Source of the DNA: Camelus dromedarius
Taxonomy: Eukaryota
Direction: 5' to 3'
DNA: 64,000 nucleotides
Assembly (NCBI RefSeq): GCF_036321535.1
Contig: NC_087437.1
Span: 25,298,001-25,362,000 of the forward strand
The notes beneath the pieces are model-generated. The model was not told the origin of the DNA and did not search any database. It saw nothing but the letters and a program-made list of their open reading frames with translations. Position numbers and translations under genes: made by a program. The stretch's first letter is position 1. Every line of letters begins with the position of its first letter. Below, in pieces: positions 1 to 12,820 of the stretch.

Positions 1-1330
1 CTGAGAGCCTCCTGAAAAGGACAGTACAAGATACTCTAAACAAGTGACATTTCAAAGAATAGAATCGTGGGTACAAGAAGTTCCTGAGCTGACGTTGCTG
101 AGGCCATACCACTGGACTGAGTCCATATTTCCAGGACAGTTTTTAGTCCAGAGGTAAAAGGCTTCGTGAAACCAAGTCCAGCAGATAAGAATTAATTAAG
201 TAGCACCCACTGAACTGATTAGAAATGTTTTGTCATAGTTGTTTGTTTAGAATATTGTTGATACTGTTTCAGTGCTTTTTTTAAATGAGTGTAAGAAGAA
301 ATCTTTTCTCTTCTTAAACTATCTCTAACTCAAGTATATAGACTGCTTTTGTAAATTAAAATAAACGCTTTAAAGTAATATCTTCAGTGAACTCCCAGAA
401 TTCAGAAACTCTTACTCGGTATCCTTTCTTTTTACAGCAAGAGTCATCTGCATAAGTTAAAGTGGAATCTGTCTTCCTCTTTACTAGCATATTTGTGCAC
501 AAATTGATTCTATAACCAAGACCTTACCTTCAGTGGCATATTTGAGACTGAGTCTCATTTAGTCAGTTAGGGCAAGACACTGTCCTTTCAGGAATACTGG
601 CAAGGTACCTGACGAACAGGTTTCTAGTCTTGGAAGTAGTAAGGAAGGACAACTCCTGTCAAGCTAGGAGCCTTAGAAAACTTGGAGAACCTCAGTAAAA
701 GAGAAATTGCCCCCAAATTCTTATATGAAGTAGGTGAAATTTAGTGGAGAAAGTTTTTTGGAGGTTCGGTTTAATATCCTTGCAATACTTAAAACAGAGG
801 TTTTCAAAAAGTCCAACCTGAGATTCCTTACGAAAATTCTCAGAAGTTAATTCTGTGACTTCAGTGATCGCTCAGTACTGTGTGCCCCTACGTACATTTA
901 CAAAGCATCTCAAGGAGACCTACATGGTTAATTACTACACTTGCTGCACGTATGTAATAATCACCACAAACCCAAATGGGACAATCTTTTCTATGAATAA
1001 TAATCTTGAAAGAGAAATTATCTATGATGACAAGGGGAGGGGGACTGCAACAAAGAACTGTGGATGACTTCAAGTGCACAAGAGAGACTACTAGGCGTCC
1101 CTGTGATGAGCACCAGAAGTATCATCGCAGCCAGTAAGGACTGACCAAAGCAAGTTGTGACTTCACAATGTTAGTGGAAAATAATCCCCAGGAGGACTTT
1201 GCTATGAGAACCCATAAAGGACAGATCAGTAACTGCTCACATTTCCATGGATGCAATGTCTGAACAAAGTGAGGTTATTCATATATTCTGATCATCCTTA
1301 TTGCTTTCTCCACCTAATGCTTTTTAATAT
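1..1330 (+). mobile_element. ERV1 (MER4-group-like) internal sequence remnant, starting with a degraded integrase C-terminus
   Basis: Bases 1-75 read, with stops and frameshifts, EP-*KGQYKIL*TSD..QRIESWVQ, resembling the gammaretroviral integrase tail (WKGPYxVLLTT...GIDSWIH). Downstream blocks (agtaaggaaggacaactcctg, ttttcaaaaagtccaacctgagattccttacgaaaa, cttgctgcacgtatgtaataatca) resemble MER4-group internal consensus. Right end approximate. Confidence 0.7.
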
Positions 1331-2804
1331 ATTAAATATTTCTTTTGCTTATGAGAGTGTATCTGATTTCATGTTTCCTCAAACTACTTTCTGGAAAGAA
1401 GAGAATAAAATACCTAATAAAGTAATATAATTATCTGAATTAAGATCACAGCAATGAACTCCAGTTCAGTTTTCACAGAAGTGTCCAGTATTTTCACATA
1501 ATCAATTTACAAAATTAAAAAAAAAAAAACCTAGGTCATATACATAAAAAATTAAAAGAAACAAACTCTGCAAGATGTGTCATACTGATACTATTAGTCC
1601 AAATAAGTTGGTTTGTATCACAAGCAAAATCTTAAAAATAGTAATATAGTATCAGAATAAATACTTTAAATGAGTTACAAAGACAGCACAATGGTTAACT
1701 TAGCAAAATATTAGGTCTAAATTATTTGACTTCAGTGACTCTGAAAAGGGCTTAGTTTTGTAGTTTTGTGATTTGAATATAAAAGCTCAGAAATGCTAAT
1801 CATTCCATCCGGAAATTAAAATCATAAAGTGCTAGATTAATGAATGTTTCCACTAAGCTCACACATGCAGAATAGTAAAGATGTTGTGAATTTGTTTTGA
1901 CAAAAGTGATCAGAATTTTTTTAACATTTTCAATACTGAGACTGAAGAAATCAAACATGATGAGGTATATATAATTTGATAATACACTAAGCACTATTAA
2001 AACACAGAACACAGCCAAGTGAATTCGATGATGTTACTAACTGAAGGAGCATGAAACTTTTTCACAATTGAAATCTTAAAAATAAAGCAATACTTCAATG
2101 CATAGACTTCGTTTTTCTTGAAAAAAAACATATTTTTAAATTGCTAGCTTTTCTACCTACTTAGGATTTGTAATGTGGGTGGGGGTCATTGTATACAGAT
2201 TCTTTACATTTTTGTAAAATATGAGATAATCTATTCTCTCTAAACTTAGTCAATCAAATGATTGCTGAGGCTTCATGTAGAACTATCTTTAATTTACTAA
2301 ATAAGCACAGTATAAAGCATTTGGCTTTTAAAATATTTTTAAATTTTGATAGTTATTTAGAACCCCAAATGGAACTTTCCCCCTTAAAAATTATATAGGT
2401 ATTGGGAAAGATAAAGAAGAAATCATAGTCTACTTTTTCTTTTAAGTTTCATACATGTAATAAGTTTGGGGCCTGAAGAGTGACAAGAATTACCTAATCT
2501 CTCCCCTGAATGATCTCACAGTCTAGTAAGAGAAAAAAAAATGATATTATTAGATAATTAATTATAATTGTGATGAGAGCAACTGAGAAGGAATAAGGAT
2601 GTCTTGTACCATATAACACTGTAAGTGGTGATACCCAGCTTGGTGTGGGAAGTGAGCAGAAAAAAATGAAGGAACGGGGAATAGCATGGAATGAAGGGCT
2701 GTCTAAGGCAGGAAGTATTATGACTTTGCAGGAGCTTGAAAGATGGCCTTCCACTGGGGACACAGAAATCTGGGGGAGGAAAACTGGAGTGGGTTTATTT
2801 CTTT

Positions 2805-3492
2805 TTTCCGTTTCAATCACTATCCTAGGTAACACTCCAATCATTTTACCCTGGAGTACTTTACTCACCTCCTTCAAAATACTTCTGCTTAAATCCAAAG
2901 TATGTACAACAATCAGAGTAATTTTTCTCAGGCTCATTGCTATTGATAATATGCAGTAATATATTATATGCTGTAACATATAATAATACACATTGGAGAA
3001 TATACAGTAAGTCCTCAGCCATCCACTTGTCCTGCTCCTGACCTGCCCCCTCCTTCCCTAACTCAGTTCTCTCTGAACTCACCCCCTGCAGGTCTCCCCG
3101 GCACCCACTCTATCCAGCTAAATTGACTCCTTGTGGCCTTCCACTTCAGTCTTCATACATGCAGCTGGCTCTGTCCTAAATATTCTTCTCCTAGACCTCC
3201 ATAGGAATCACTCCCTCCCTTCATTCATCTCTGTTCAAATGTCACCCAAACACTGTAAGTCAGACCCTCCGCCAACCCTCCAGCCCCTTCCTTTCTTTTC
3301 CTTTATGACATTTAATCCCACCCAACAGGTTGTATCTTGATATCTTAATTTGTTTACTGCCAGTCATCTTTTAGAACATAATCTGTGAAAGCCGGAATTG
3401 GTTGTATTTAATGCTGTGTTCAGCACCTCGAACAATGTCTGACCCATAATAGGTGCTCAATAATATTGCTTGAGTGAATGAATAATGAATGA
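2805..3492 (+). mobile_element. LINE L2 (L2a-like) 3' fragment
   Basis: Typical L2 3' region ending aataggtgctcaataatattgcttgagtgaatgaataatgaatga. Confidence 0.8.
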
Positions 3493-3529
3493 GTCACTAG
3501 TATACCCTTGTTCTAGAATTCATCAACTG

Positions 3530-3750
3530 AGAGGCTAGATAGCCTAGATATTGTGAGTTCAGTCTCTGAAGTGAGACTGACTGGGTTTAAACTCTAACCT
3601 GCCACTTAAGAACAATGACTTTGGGCAAATCATCTAAACATTTCCCCCCATGTTTCTTCTCTTGTAAATTAGGAATTATAATAATGGTATTTACCTCAAG
3701 GTTTTTTTTGGTTTTCTGAGAGTTAAATGAGTTAAAATATGTACCATGAG
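3530..3750 (+). mobile_element. MIR SINE
   Basis: MIR core: gagactgactgggtttaaactctaacctgccacttaag...actttgggcaaatcatctaaac. Confidence 0.75.
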
Positions 3751-3964
3751 TGTCACAGAAGAAGCACAGTTGGGTGCTTCCTTTTCTTTATTCTTGTTCC
3801 TTCTCCAGTCACCCTCCCACACACACATGACACTCTAGCTTATCCCACACTACACTCTCATGTGATTGCAGCAAACTCAGTCAATTTTCTATTCCATAAA
3901 AGGTGACCACTAGCACATAGAGTGACTTTGAATTAGAAAAGGTAGCTGCTCTGGTGGATAAATT

Positions 3965-4216
3965 AGTCACAAAGGACAATTCTTGTATGATTCCATTTAC
4001 ATTAGGTACCTAGAGTAGTAAAATTATATCACAGAGACAGAAAGTAGAATAGCTTTGCCAGGGGTTGGGAAATGAGGAGTCAGTGTTTAACAGGTCCCAA
4101 GTTTGAGCTGGAAATGGATGGTGGTGATGGTTTTACAACAACAAGAGTGTACATAATGCCACAGAAAATGCACCATTCTAGGTGAATTTAAATTAAGTGC
4201 ACAATTAAAAAAAAAA
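3965..4216 (+). mobile_element. L1MB-type 3' UTR fragment
   Basis: tgtatgattccatttacattaggtacctagagtagt...cacagagacagaaagtagaat...ggatggtggtgatggtt, ending in an A tail. Confidence 0.8.
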
Positions 4217-4419
4217 CACGTTGCATTCTGAATTTATTTTGAAGGGACAATCAATCCCAAATCTGAAGGATTCTGTGTGGGTATGAAAGAGAGATTTGGG
4301 GTTTGGTCCAATAAAATAAATGGGAGGACTCCAGGAGCTGAAGATCTGGAGAGAAAATCAGAACTTTGGTTATGAAAGTGTGAGGCAAGTGAAATACGCA
4401 CCTAACGGGATTGTTGTAA

Positions 4420-5063
4420 TCAACTGACTGCTGACCGGTTTTTCCACTTCTGCCCTTGCCTTAAAGTCTAATCCCAACACAGCAAAAGAGTAATCCTTAT
4501 AAATTTAAGTCACAGTGTCTATGCCACCACTGAAAATCTCCATTAGATCCCTACCTCACTCCGAGTAAAATGTAACGTCTTCCTCTGACCAGCGGGACTC
4601 CATGTGACCGGCTCCCCGGGGTCTCAACCTCTTACTCACAGCCCTGCCCACTCCAGCTTCACCTGACCTCTGCAGTTTCCCCGATCTCCTCAGCTGTACC
4701 CTCCCTTCACGTCCCCTCTACCTAAAAGGGGACAAGCCCCACCTATTGGCATGTTTATGCTTCCTTCAGCTCCTTCTCTTTAAATAGCATCTTATTCGCG
4801 AGGCGTTCCCTGACACAATATAAAATAGCCCTCCCTGAGGGTCCCCTTGCCGGCTTTACTTTTCTATAACTTATTACCAATGACATGTTTATTTGCAGGT
4901 TGGTTAGACTTCTGTCCATTTTTTCCCCTTCTAAAGTGCAAAGTCCATGAGGACAGGGATATTCTTCTATTTAGTTCCCTGAAATCTTCGGTACCTGAGA
5001 GTATTATATCTGATATATGGCAGCTCCTCTATATATTTGTTAAATGAACAAATGAATGAATGA
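4420..5063 (+). mobile_element. LINE L2 (L2a-like) 3' fragment
   Basis: cccaacacagcaaaagagtaatcctt...gtccatgaggacaggga...gttaaatgaacaaatgaatgaatga. Confidence 0.8.
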
Positions 5064-5189
5064 GCTTTTTCTCTGGAGATGTGTTCAGAGCCAACTGTTC
5101 CTTAATCTTCATTTGTGGTCAAATTAGAACTGGGACTGCCTGCTTGCCCCTCCACTGCTTTCTTTAATTATTTACTATATAATCCTAAA

Positions 5190-6420
5190 TAGATTGTACT
5201 ACCAATATCACATCTAAACTAACATGAACATCCAGTCAGTATTTGCATTCCCAATTGTCTTAGAAATATAATTTTAATTCATTTGTTTGAATCAGGATCC
5301 AAATGAGGTACCTTACATTCACTGCTTGATAAGACTTCTAAGTCTCCTTTCAACTTTCCCCTGTGTTTTTAAAGCTTTTTGGCTTACAATATTTTTTGTT
5401 GTTGTTGAAGAAACTGTTAGTTACCTGTAGAGTTTCCTGTAGTTTGAATTTCACTGATTACACAGCTCTGGTAGGTTTAGAATGTTCCTCCATCCTCTAT
5501 ATTTCCTTCTAAATTTGCTGTAAGTCTTAAGGCTTAATCAGATTCAGGTCTGATCTTTTTTGGGCAACACCACTTCAAAGTTGATGAAGTGTTCTTTTAT
5601 CGGTCAGCACTTCATGTGTTCTTTTAGTCCCTGCTTAATTCTTTACCAACTTTTTCCTTCATCAGGAGTGTATTCTTTCTATCCATATTTTTATGCTTTT
5701 ACTATATATTCATGTATCAGTAAATAGCTAATTTTGTAATTAACATAACAGCATATTTATGTTATCATAAGTGATAGCATATCATTTTTGTTTTCCTTTG
5801 CATCTTTCAAAGAGTTTGATCTTCTTGATATTTTGTTAACAGTTCAGGGTTCTTCCTCTGTGAGTGACCCGTTCATATTATTTAGCCGTTCCTGTCTCTT
5901 GAGGTTTTTTAAAAAATCTTTTTCTTTTTAACTTAGAGTAGTGCTTTATTCATTCTGCAGAACAATCCTCAGTCAACTATTGCATTTGAAAATATCTTCT
6001 CCTAGGCTTAACTTGTCTTCTCACTGTGTTTGTTTTTGTTTGTTTGTTTGTTGGTCAAACCCTGTTATTTCTCCCTTAAAATTTCTACTTTCATAGCTTC
6101 TTTAAAAAACCGTTAACCTCCTTTAAAGTCACAAAAAGTCTCCTTTATTTTTCTTAAAGATTTTAGGTTCTTTTATTCAAATTTCAGCCTTTAGTCAATT
6201 CTATTTTTCTTAGGTGTGATATAGGAATCTTCTTTTATTTTTTTTTTTCCATATAGATAATCAAATTGGCCCCAAATTGATCATTGAACAGGTTTTCCTT
6301 TCCCCACTGATTTGTAATGCCACCTTTGTGGTTTACCAATTTCCCGATAATAGCAAGTCGATGCCTGGGATCTTTCATCTATTCCAGTCACATGATTATC
6401 TATCCCTATATGCAAGCTGT
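5190..6420 (-). mobile_element. Old L1 (L1MC/L1ME-type) fragments
   Basis: tttgtttgaatcaggatccaaatgagg...gttgaagaaactg (L1MC4/5-like 3' end), followed by T-rich antisense ORF2-derived sequence (tccccactgatttgtaatgccacctttg). Confidence 0.65.
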
Positions 6421-7214
6421 ATTTACAATTTGGGATGAGGAGTTCATAAAGAAGAAATTTTAAACAACTTTAACTAAGAAAAGACTCAGCCAAACATTGA
6501 TGGTCCTCTCATAGCTAATTTCTCTATTTCCAGCCATCTACCAATAACCTATCACACTTTTAAGAGATTACTTCATCCATTTGTATATCCTAGTGTACTT
6601 GCCAAAATCCTAGAATTGCTGCAAGTAAATACATTGTATATCCCCTCTCTCCGACAATTTCCCACCTAACATCTTCCCCACCCTCCTTCTAGTCAGTTGC
6701 CTTACATATTCATGACTCACATGAGCCCTACACGTCACAGTTCACCAACCTCCCTGGCTTATTCACTTGGTTTTCTTCCTCCATGAGCATTTTTTTTTCC
6801 TGTTGCCTGTGAACTCTGAAATACGTGTCATGACTGAAGAAACGATGAACATATCACAAATCTGGAAGCGTTTATTGAAAGGCATATCTGATAAACACTG
6901 AACATTTGAGGTTCAAAAATTACACCTTAGGCAAAGAGTGAAGTCAAATTTATCTATATAATTTAAATGCAATGAAATCTAGAAGAACTGAAGATTACTA
7001 TTAATATTTCCTGTCTACTCCTGTTTGGATTCATCTATTTGACCTCCTTTCTAGTCTCTGACATTTTTTTGGCCAACTTAGTGCTAATATGTCATCAGTC
7101 AAGTCAAGCCAGCAACAACAAGGAAATCCTACTGTAGGGGGAAAAAAAATTAAAGGCTTTAAAATATTGTTGATAGAGGAACATAGAAAACATCATTTAA
7201 AAGCTTTTTAAATT

Positions 7215-7731
7215 AGCATTCCCTTCCTTGCTGCTAAATTTCCCTTTGTCTCATTTCATGCAGCTGGTCTGAATGATGACAGAGTGGTTTGCGATTATGT
7301 GGGTGACATTAGGCGCCAGCTGAAATGGACACTAAAGGCAGAATCCAGCATCCTGCATTTATAATTCCTGCTACATTTGGCACTGCACCAACTTTACAAA
7401 TATGCAGCACCCCTCCCCCTTCTTTTTTTTTTTTTTTTTTTTCCTGTAAATCCCATGGCCAATGAATGCTGCTATGGCAACGAAAGCCTGGAAAGCCAGG
7501 GGGGCCTTGGCTATAAAAAGAGTTTTTAGAGCATCAGGGTAACTGGGAGCCTAGTGGCAGACTCTCAGGCAACCATACACTGTTTAACATCCTGTCTAGA
7601 AGCAAACGCTTCTATCAAATTTATTTACCTATGTTGTCGAATCACTTGCTACAGAATTCTACGGGCTCTTATTGCTAGGATGGTTTTCATTTTCAATTAT
7701 TGTATGGTTCATTCAAATCACACAGGTACAT
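7215..7731 (+). promoter_or_regulatory. Putative TATA/CCAAT/RFX promoter with candidate first exon
   Basis: Repeat-free block with E-boxes CAGCTG (7261, 7317), NFI-like TTGGCactgcACCAA (7377-7391), a long poly-T tract (~7424-7442), CCAAT (7459-7463), X-box GCTGCTATGGCAAC (7468-7481), TATAAAAAG (7512-7520), Kozak aggATGG (ATG 7680) and donor CAG|GTACAT after 7725. Confidence 0.5.
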
Positions 7732-8804
7732 TTCCAGCAGTTATAAGAAGCTTCCTAAAATAGACTTTTAGAAACTGAGCACAGCTGTCAAAATAATGTT
7801 ATCGTCTTCAAGAATCTGTTTCGAAGATAGTTATTCCAAAGAAATTTAAAAGTTATATTCCTATATTAGCACACTAAGTCGTTCATACCAGTTTAGTAAA
7901 TCAAATATTCCATACTGCTAGCTTAATAAGATGGGGAGTCATGCATGAAATGACTGCCAGGTTAATGACATAGGGAGCCATGCATGGCATGTATTTGCAT
8001 ATAATAGCACAGAATGTTCTCCTAAATCCTTTAAATTACTCATCAATTCTTAAACAGGCATTTAACTAAATCCTCATTCAGAATCAGGAAGAAAGTTTAA
8101 AATTAAAAAAAAAAACCTACAGATTTGAAGCGATTAGATCAGAGCTAAAGAAAACCTAAAGGATTATTTTGGGTTGTAAATTCTAGCCTTGGGGAAAGAG
8201 TTCAGATCTGCACAAAGAAACAAATACATCTCCTGGGCCAGGGTAGGGCACACGCCGGCATCCAATCCACTTCCCAGCACTGCCTCTGTCACGTGCACAG
8301 TGAGCACAGATCAGAAGTTTCACCTCTAGCCTCAGAGATAAAGATGTATATCTAAAACAGTGCAAGAACTGTAGATTAAATCTAGAATTGTTTATTGTGT
8401 GTAGTGTGTTGATGGGCCTAATTCTGAATATAATGAACAGGTTTTCTTTCACCTGACAACCTGTACATTCAAGGTATTAAGAAGAATGTCTTTACTTCCA
8501 AATCACCTGATTTTTACTGGTCATGTAACTTTGTATATAAAATAAGCTTACAATCAGAATGGTTTTGAACCCTAGCTGTTACTCAGAGGAAATCATAAAG
8601 CATCCATGTCACACAAAGGCTGTTTTTGCTATAGAGTGATGGTCTACCAAGAGCTTCATTAATCCTCACAAACACTCATTCTGAAATGAGATGTACACAC
8701 AGCCCTAAAACCAAAGCTCATCCACTGCAGAAAAAAAAAATTTTTTTAATGCAAAGATTTAGATAATTGGTCTTCTCTTCCTACTGTGTCTTGTAATAAA
8801 GGCA

Positions 8805-9025
8805 ACTAATCACTGAGCATGAATTCTCTGCCTAGCGCATTCAGTGCACTGTTCTGTACCCCTCACGATAATCTTCAGCGTACCCTCATCTCCATTTTCA
8901 CAGATAGGGAAACTGAGTCGCGGAAAGGTTAAGGAACTTGATCGAGTGTGAAGCTAAAGCCAGGATTTAAATCCTCCTCTGTTTCAATTTAAATCCCATT
9001 CCCTTCTCACTAACCACACTCTATC
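8805..9025 (-). mobile_element. MIR SINE
   Basis: ctccattttcacagatagggaaactgagtcgcggaaaggttaaggaacttg...gccaggatttaaatcc. Confidence 0.8.
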
Positions 9026-9769
9026 ACTAAGGGATTTTTATTAGCAGAAAACAAGTTAGGTATTGAGAGAATAGGGGAGATAGGCTCAAGAACTTTTTAA
9101 AGAGCATTCTAGATTTGCTAGCCTTCTTACGCTGCTGTCCTTCATGTTCGTGCCAGTGCCGAAAAATGGCGAATCCCAGGACCGTGGTATGGCTCAGAGT
9201 ATAGCCACTCTTCTCTGGGAGTTCTAGTTGTTTCAACTGATTATTATTAGCTAAATTAACAATAAGGTGTGTTTTGTTGCTAACTAATATCTTGAAGCAA
9301 TTCTAAAGCATAGTTCTGGAAATGCAAAGCAAAAGTCCACTCACTCACAACCGAGGCAGAAAGTGTGTATATGAATATTTACATATGGTCAGTGGGTTGA
9401 CATAAACTCCACGAAGCAATGTTTTCTTCCAAGCGCAGCACTTCCTTAAGTGTTCTTTATGTCCAATTGGGAAATGGGATCCTTTCCAGTAAGATGGGTA
9501 GCTTTGCTATCAGATAAAATAGTAGCCATAACTATAGCATGTGTGTCTCTGACTAAGGTGGGTCTGGTAGTCACGTGCTGAAACATATATAATTTGAGGC
9601 ACTTACTTAACATTTACCCAATGAACATAACTGTGAGTATCTTTTTTTAAGTTGTAAAGTATAGCTGCACAAAAGAATAAGAAGCATTTTTCAACTTGAC
9701 TCATAAATTGACGTATACCAAAAAGTGTATATACAAATGAAGAAAACATAGATATCTGATATAGAGTCA

Positions 9770-10090
9770 AATAAGGAGATACAGAAATGAAAGAAGCATA
9801 GATTTTTGCCCATCTGGAGCTCATAGTCTATTGTGGAAAAAACTCAAGCAAACATACAATCTTCTAGATTCTATAATATAGACACTGGAACACAGAGAAA
9901 TAAATTTAGCCCAGGCAGAAGTAGGTGGTAGCGAGGCTGGGGAAGGTTTCCCAGGTGACATCTAAGTTGAAAATGACAGGATACAAAGGACTTAGGCAAG
10001 TGCAGGGGGAGGGAGCTTAGTGTGTCGGTCACAGACCTCGGAGTGAAATCCAGCCAGGAAACCTCGAGAATTACACACAGCTCAGGGTTA
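9770..10090 (-). mobile_element. LINE L2 fragment
   Basis: gccc-atctggagctcatagtcta...ggggaaggtttcccaggtgacatctaagttga, typical of antisense L2. Confidence 0.6.
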
Positions 10091-10969
10091 CCTGGTGGGG
10101 CAATGGTCTTGTCAAGACGCAGGTAGTGTTCACCTCTAGAAAACTCTACGATGGCCTATATGTTGAAACAGTGCTAAACTAAGCTATTTTTTTTTAAACT
10201 AAGCTATTTTTAAATATAGTTACAACGGCATATTCTCTGATCCAAGAAACAGCTGATAAGATTGTGTACAATTGGGTAAATTATTGAGGTCTGTTTCTCC
10301 AAAAATCTGAATTATCTAATTATTGTCAAACAAAAGCAAATTTAAATTGAGTTAGGTAATAAATTACACATAATCTCTGCTCCTTGTAGAGTCTAGAATA
10401 CTAGTTTTTTGTTGGTTTAACTATAAGTTTTTCCCCTAAACTGCAAGTACACAGAATTAGATTACTCATGATCCTTGATTCACACCTACCTATAATTGGT
10501 CTATGTATGTTTTGCTTTTTTTCTTCCATCCATTTATTCATATTTTGGTAACATAATTACCACCAGGAAACCCAACACCTCAAAACAAAAATTATGGCCT
10601 CAACAATCTACATCTAATTTTACAATACTCTTTACCACCAACCTGTCACCTCAAACCAGGTAACAATCATCCTGAACCCTATTCATTATTTTTTTATATA
10701 ATAAAATTGATACAATAAATTGAGGCATTATTACTAATTAATTTGGGATGATAGTCATAAATAGGAACACATGGTAACTTTTTATAAATAATTCATTAGA
10801 ATGAGTTTCATTAAAATATGTACTGTGATCCTTGTCAATTACTTTAAGCTTACAGTCAGTCAGAAAGAAACCACCTCAAAAGTTCACCCCACACAATCTT
10901 ATCAGCTAATTTCAATAGCTACTCAATATTGTTTTCATCAATGCTTTTTCTGCTCAGATCAGCTAGAGT

Positions 10970-11345
10970 CTGTTTGCAGATAAAGACCCTGACTAGTGCA
11001 ATTTCAAAACTGTAAAAAAATCTGAAAGAACGTAGAAAAGAAAGGAAAACAAAACATAGATAGGGAATCATAATCAGAAAACACAGAATAATAAGGCAAA
11101 AATGTGTCCAAATGTATCAGTATGCACAGTAAATGTGACTGGGTTAAACCTAGGTATTAATAGACTAAGACTCAAAAAAAGAAAGTCTGACTCATAAATT
11201 GCATTAAAAAAAATTCAACTTTATGCTATGTCTATTACAAGATTCTAACCAAATAGCAAATAACATAAAGTTTAAAGATAAAGAAAAGGAGTATATATAT
11301 ATACACACACACACAAATAAAAAAGGAAAATTGTCATTAAAAGGC
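10970..11345 (+). mobile_element. Old L1 fragment around the ORF2 start
   Basis: atcagtatgcacagtaaatgtgactgggttaaac (decayed SIITLNVNGLN motif), then aattcaactttatgctatgtcta...caaga. Confidence 0.6.
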
Positions 11346-11679
11346 TCAGCATTTTTACCTGCTTTCTAAAATTACTAAACTTGTATTCCATTCCTTCTCA
11401 CCTCTGCCCACATCTTTTGCAGACTGCATCAAATTATCATACCCATTATTTATATCAAATAATGAAGCTCCTTGCTTTGTTAGCTGTAATAGGAACATCT
11501 TCATTCCTAAGTTTCTCTAATACCTCAATTAAGTTAAATAGTTAATCCCTATCTATCAAAAACATACTATATTAAGAAGGGGAAATCCCAAAATAGTAGA
11601 ACTAAGCAGAGCACAGAATCCTCTCATCTTAGATCTTCCATTCTGGAGCGTAGGCAAAAGAGAGTTGACATTGTATTAA

Positions 11680-12125
11680 TAGAGCTTAAGAAAAAGAACA
11701 CATACTCTGACACCAGACAGACCTGGATTTGAATCCAAACTCTGCCACTAACTGGGTATGTGACATTGAATAAAGTCTTTGATTTTGCTAAGCCTAAGCT
11801 TCCTCTGTACAAAATGGAAATGAACATCTTTACTTTCAGAGGTTTTATAAAGATTTAATGAGATAATTAATCAAAGGAGTTGTTCTCAACCTAATTGAAA
11901 TCACCTTGGGAGCTTTAGAAAGTGCTAGTGCCTGGATCCCTCCCCCACAGATCCTGATGTAATTGGTCTGGAATAGAACCTGGGCATTTGGTTTTTTAAA
12001 AGCTATCCATGTGATTCTAATGTGCAGCTAAGGTAGGGAAACACTGATCTAAACATATAGCCTAGCCCACTGCATGGTATATAGAATTCATGCCAAAATT
12101 GTTAACTCAGATAATGATGATGATG
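11680..12125 (+). mobile_element. MIR SINE, split by a MER5A insertion
   Basis: ccagacagacctggatttgaatccaaactctgccactaactgggtatgtgacattg...gatttaatgagataat; the MIR tail resumes after ~12050. Confidence 0.75.
11872..12050. mobile_element. MER5A-like hAT-Charlie DNA transposon
   Basis: gttgttctcaacc...gaaatcaccttgggagctttagaaa...gtgattctaatgtgcagctaaggtagggaaacactgatcta. Confidence 0.85.
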
Positions 12126-12820
12126 ATAAGAATGATACATTTCAGCTACAAATTTCAGGCAGTGAAATTGGCTTAGTGTGATTATTCCTCCACAGAACTC
12201 AAGAGGAAAAGAAACCACTAAACATGGAGACGATCGGAAACTTCAAAATAACACATGTATATTATTTTCATAGCTTTTAACTTCTAATCCTCTATACATT
12301 TTATGAAATAAATATGGATTTTAGGGGTCCATATTACTCAGAAAGTTTAATTGCTTTGCAAAAGGTGACAGGTTAGGGAGTAGCTGAGCCAGAATAAAAA
12401 TGTAATACTCTCTATTTCAAGTTCAGTACTACTTCAATTATGCCACAATTGTCCACAGGAGGCAGAGGTAGAGTTCTGCCTCTTCATAGACAGAATTTAC
12501 AGGTAACTGTCTGAGTTTGGGAGGTAATCCTAAAATCACATGATGATTGGAGCAAACGGTGCAGTTGCTACAGTCACTAATGATCTCATTAGCTTGTGAG
12601 TAATCTGAAGCCAAAAACGGTGCTTTGTTCATCTACCTCCCTAGTGACTTGCACAGTGGCTGGCACTTAATTGATGCTCAATAAATGTTTGCTAAATGAA
12701 TATTAGAATGGTCTAAGACAATCACTTTTAACAATTTAGGGGAAGTTAAAAATAAAATGGTGTCACTATCTGAGGATAAAAACTCTACATGAATTATTTT
12801 CAATTAAAATTAATGACCAT

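Noticed and set aside
2494..2991. Longest ORF in the track (165 aa, minus strand) and the overlapping 104-aa plus ORF
   Set aside because: No recognisable domain, partly overlaps an L2 fossil, low-complexity composition; consistent with chance ORFs.
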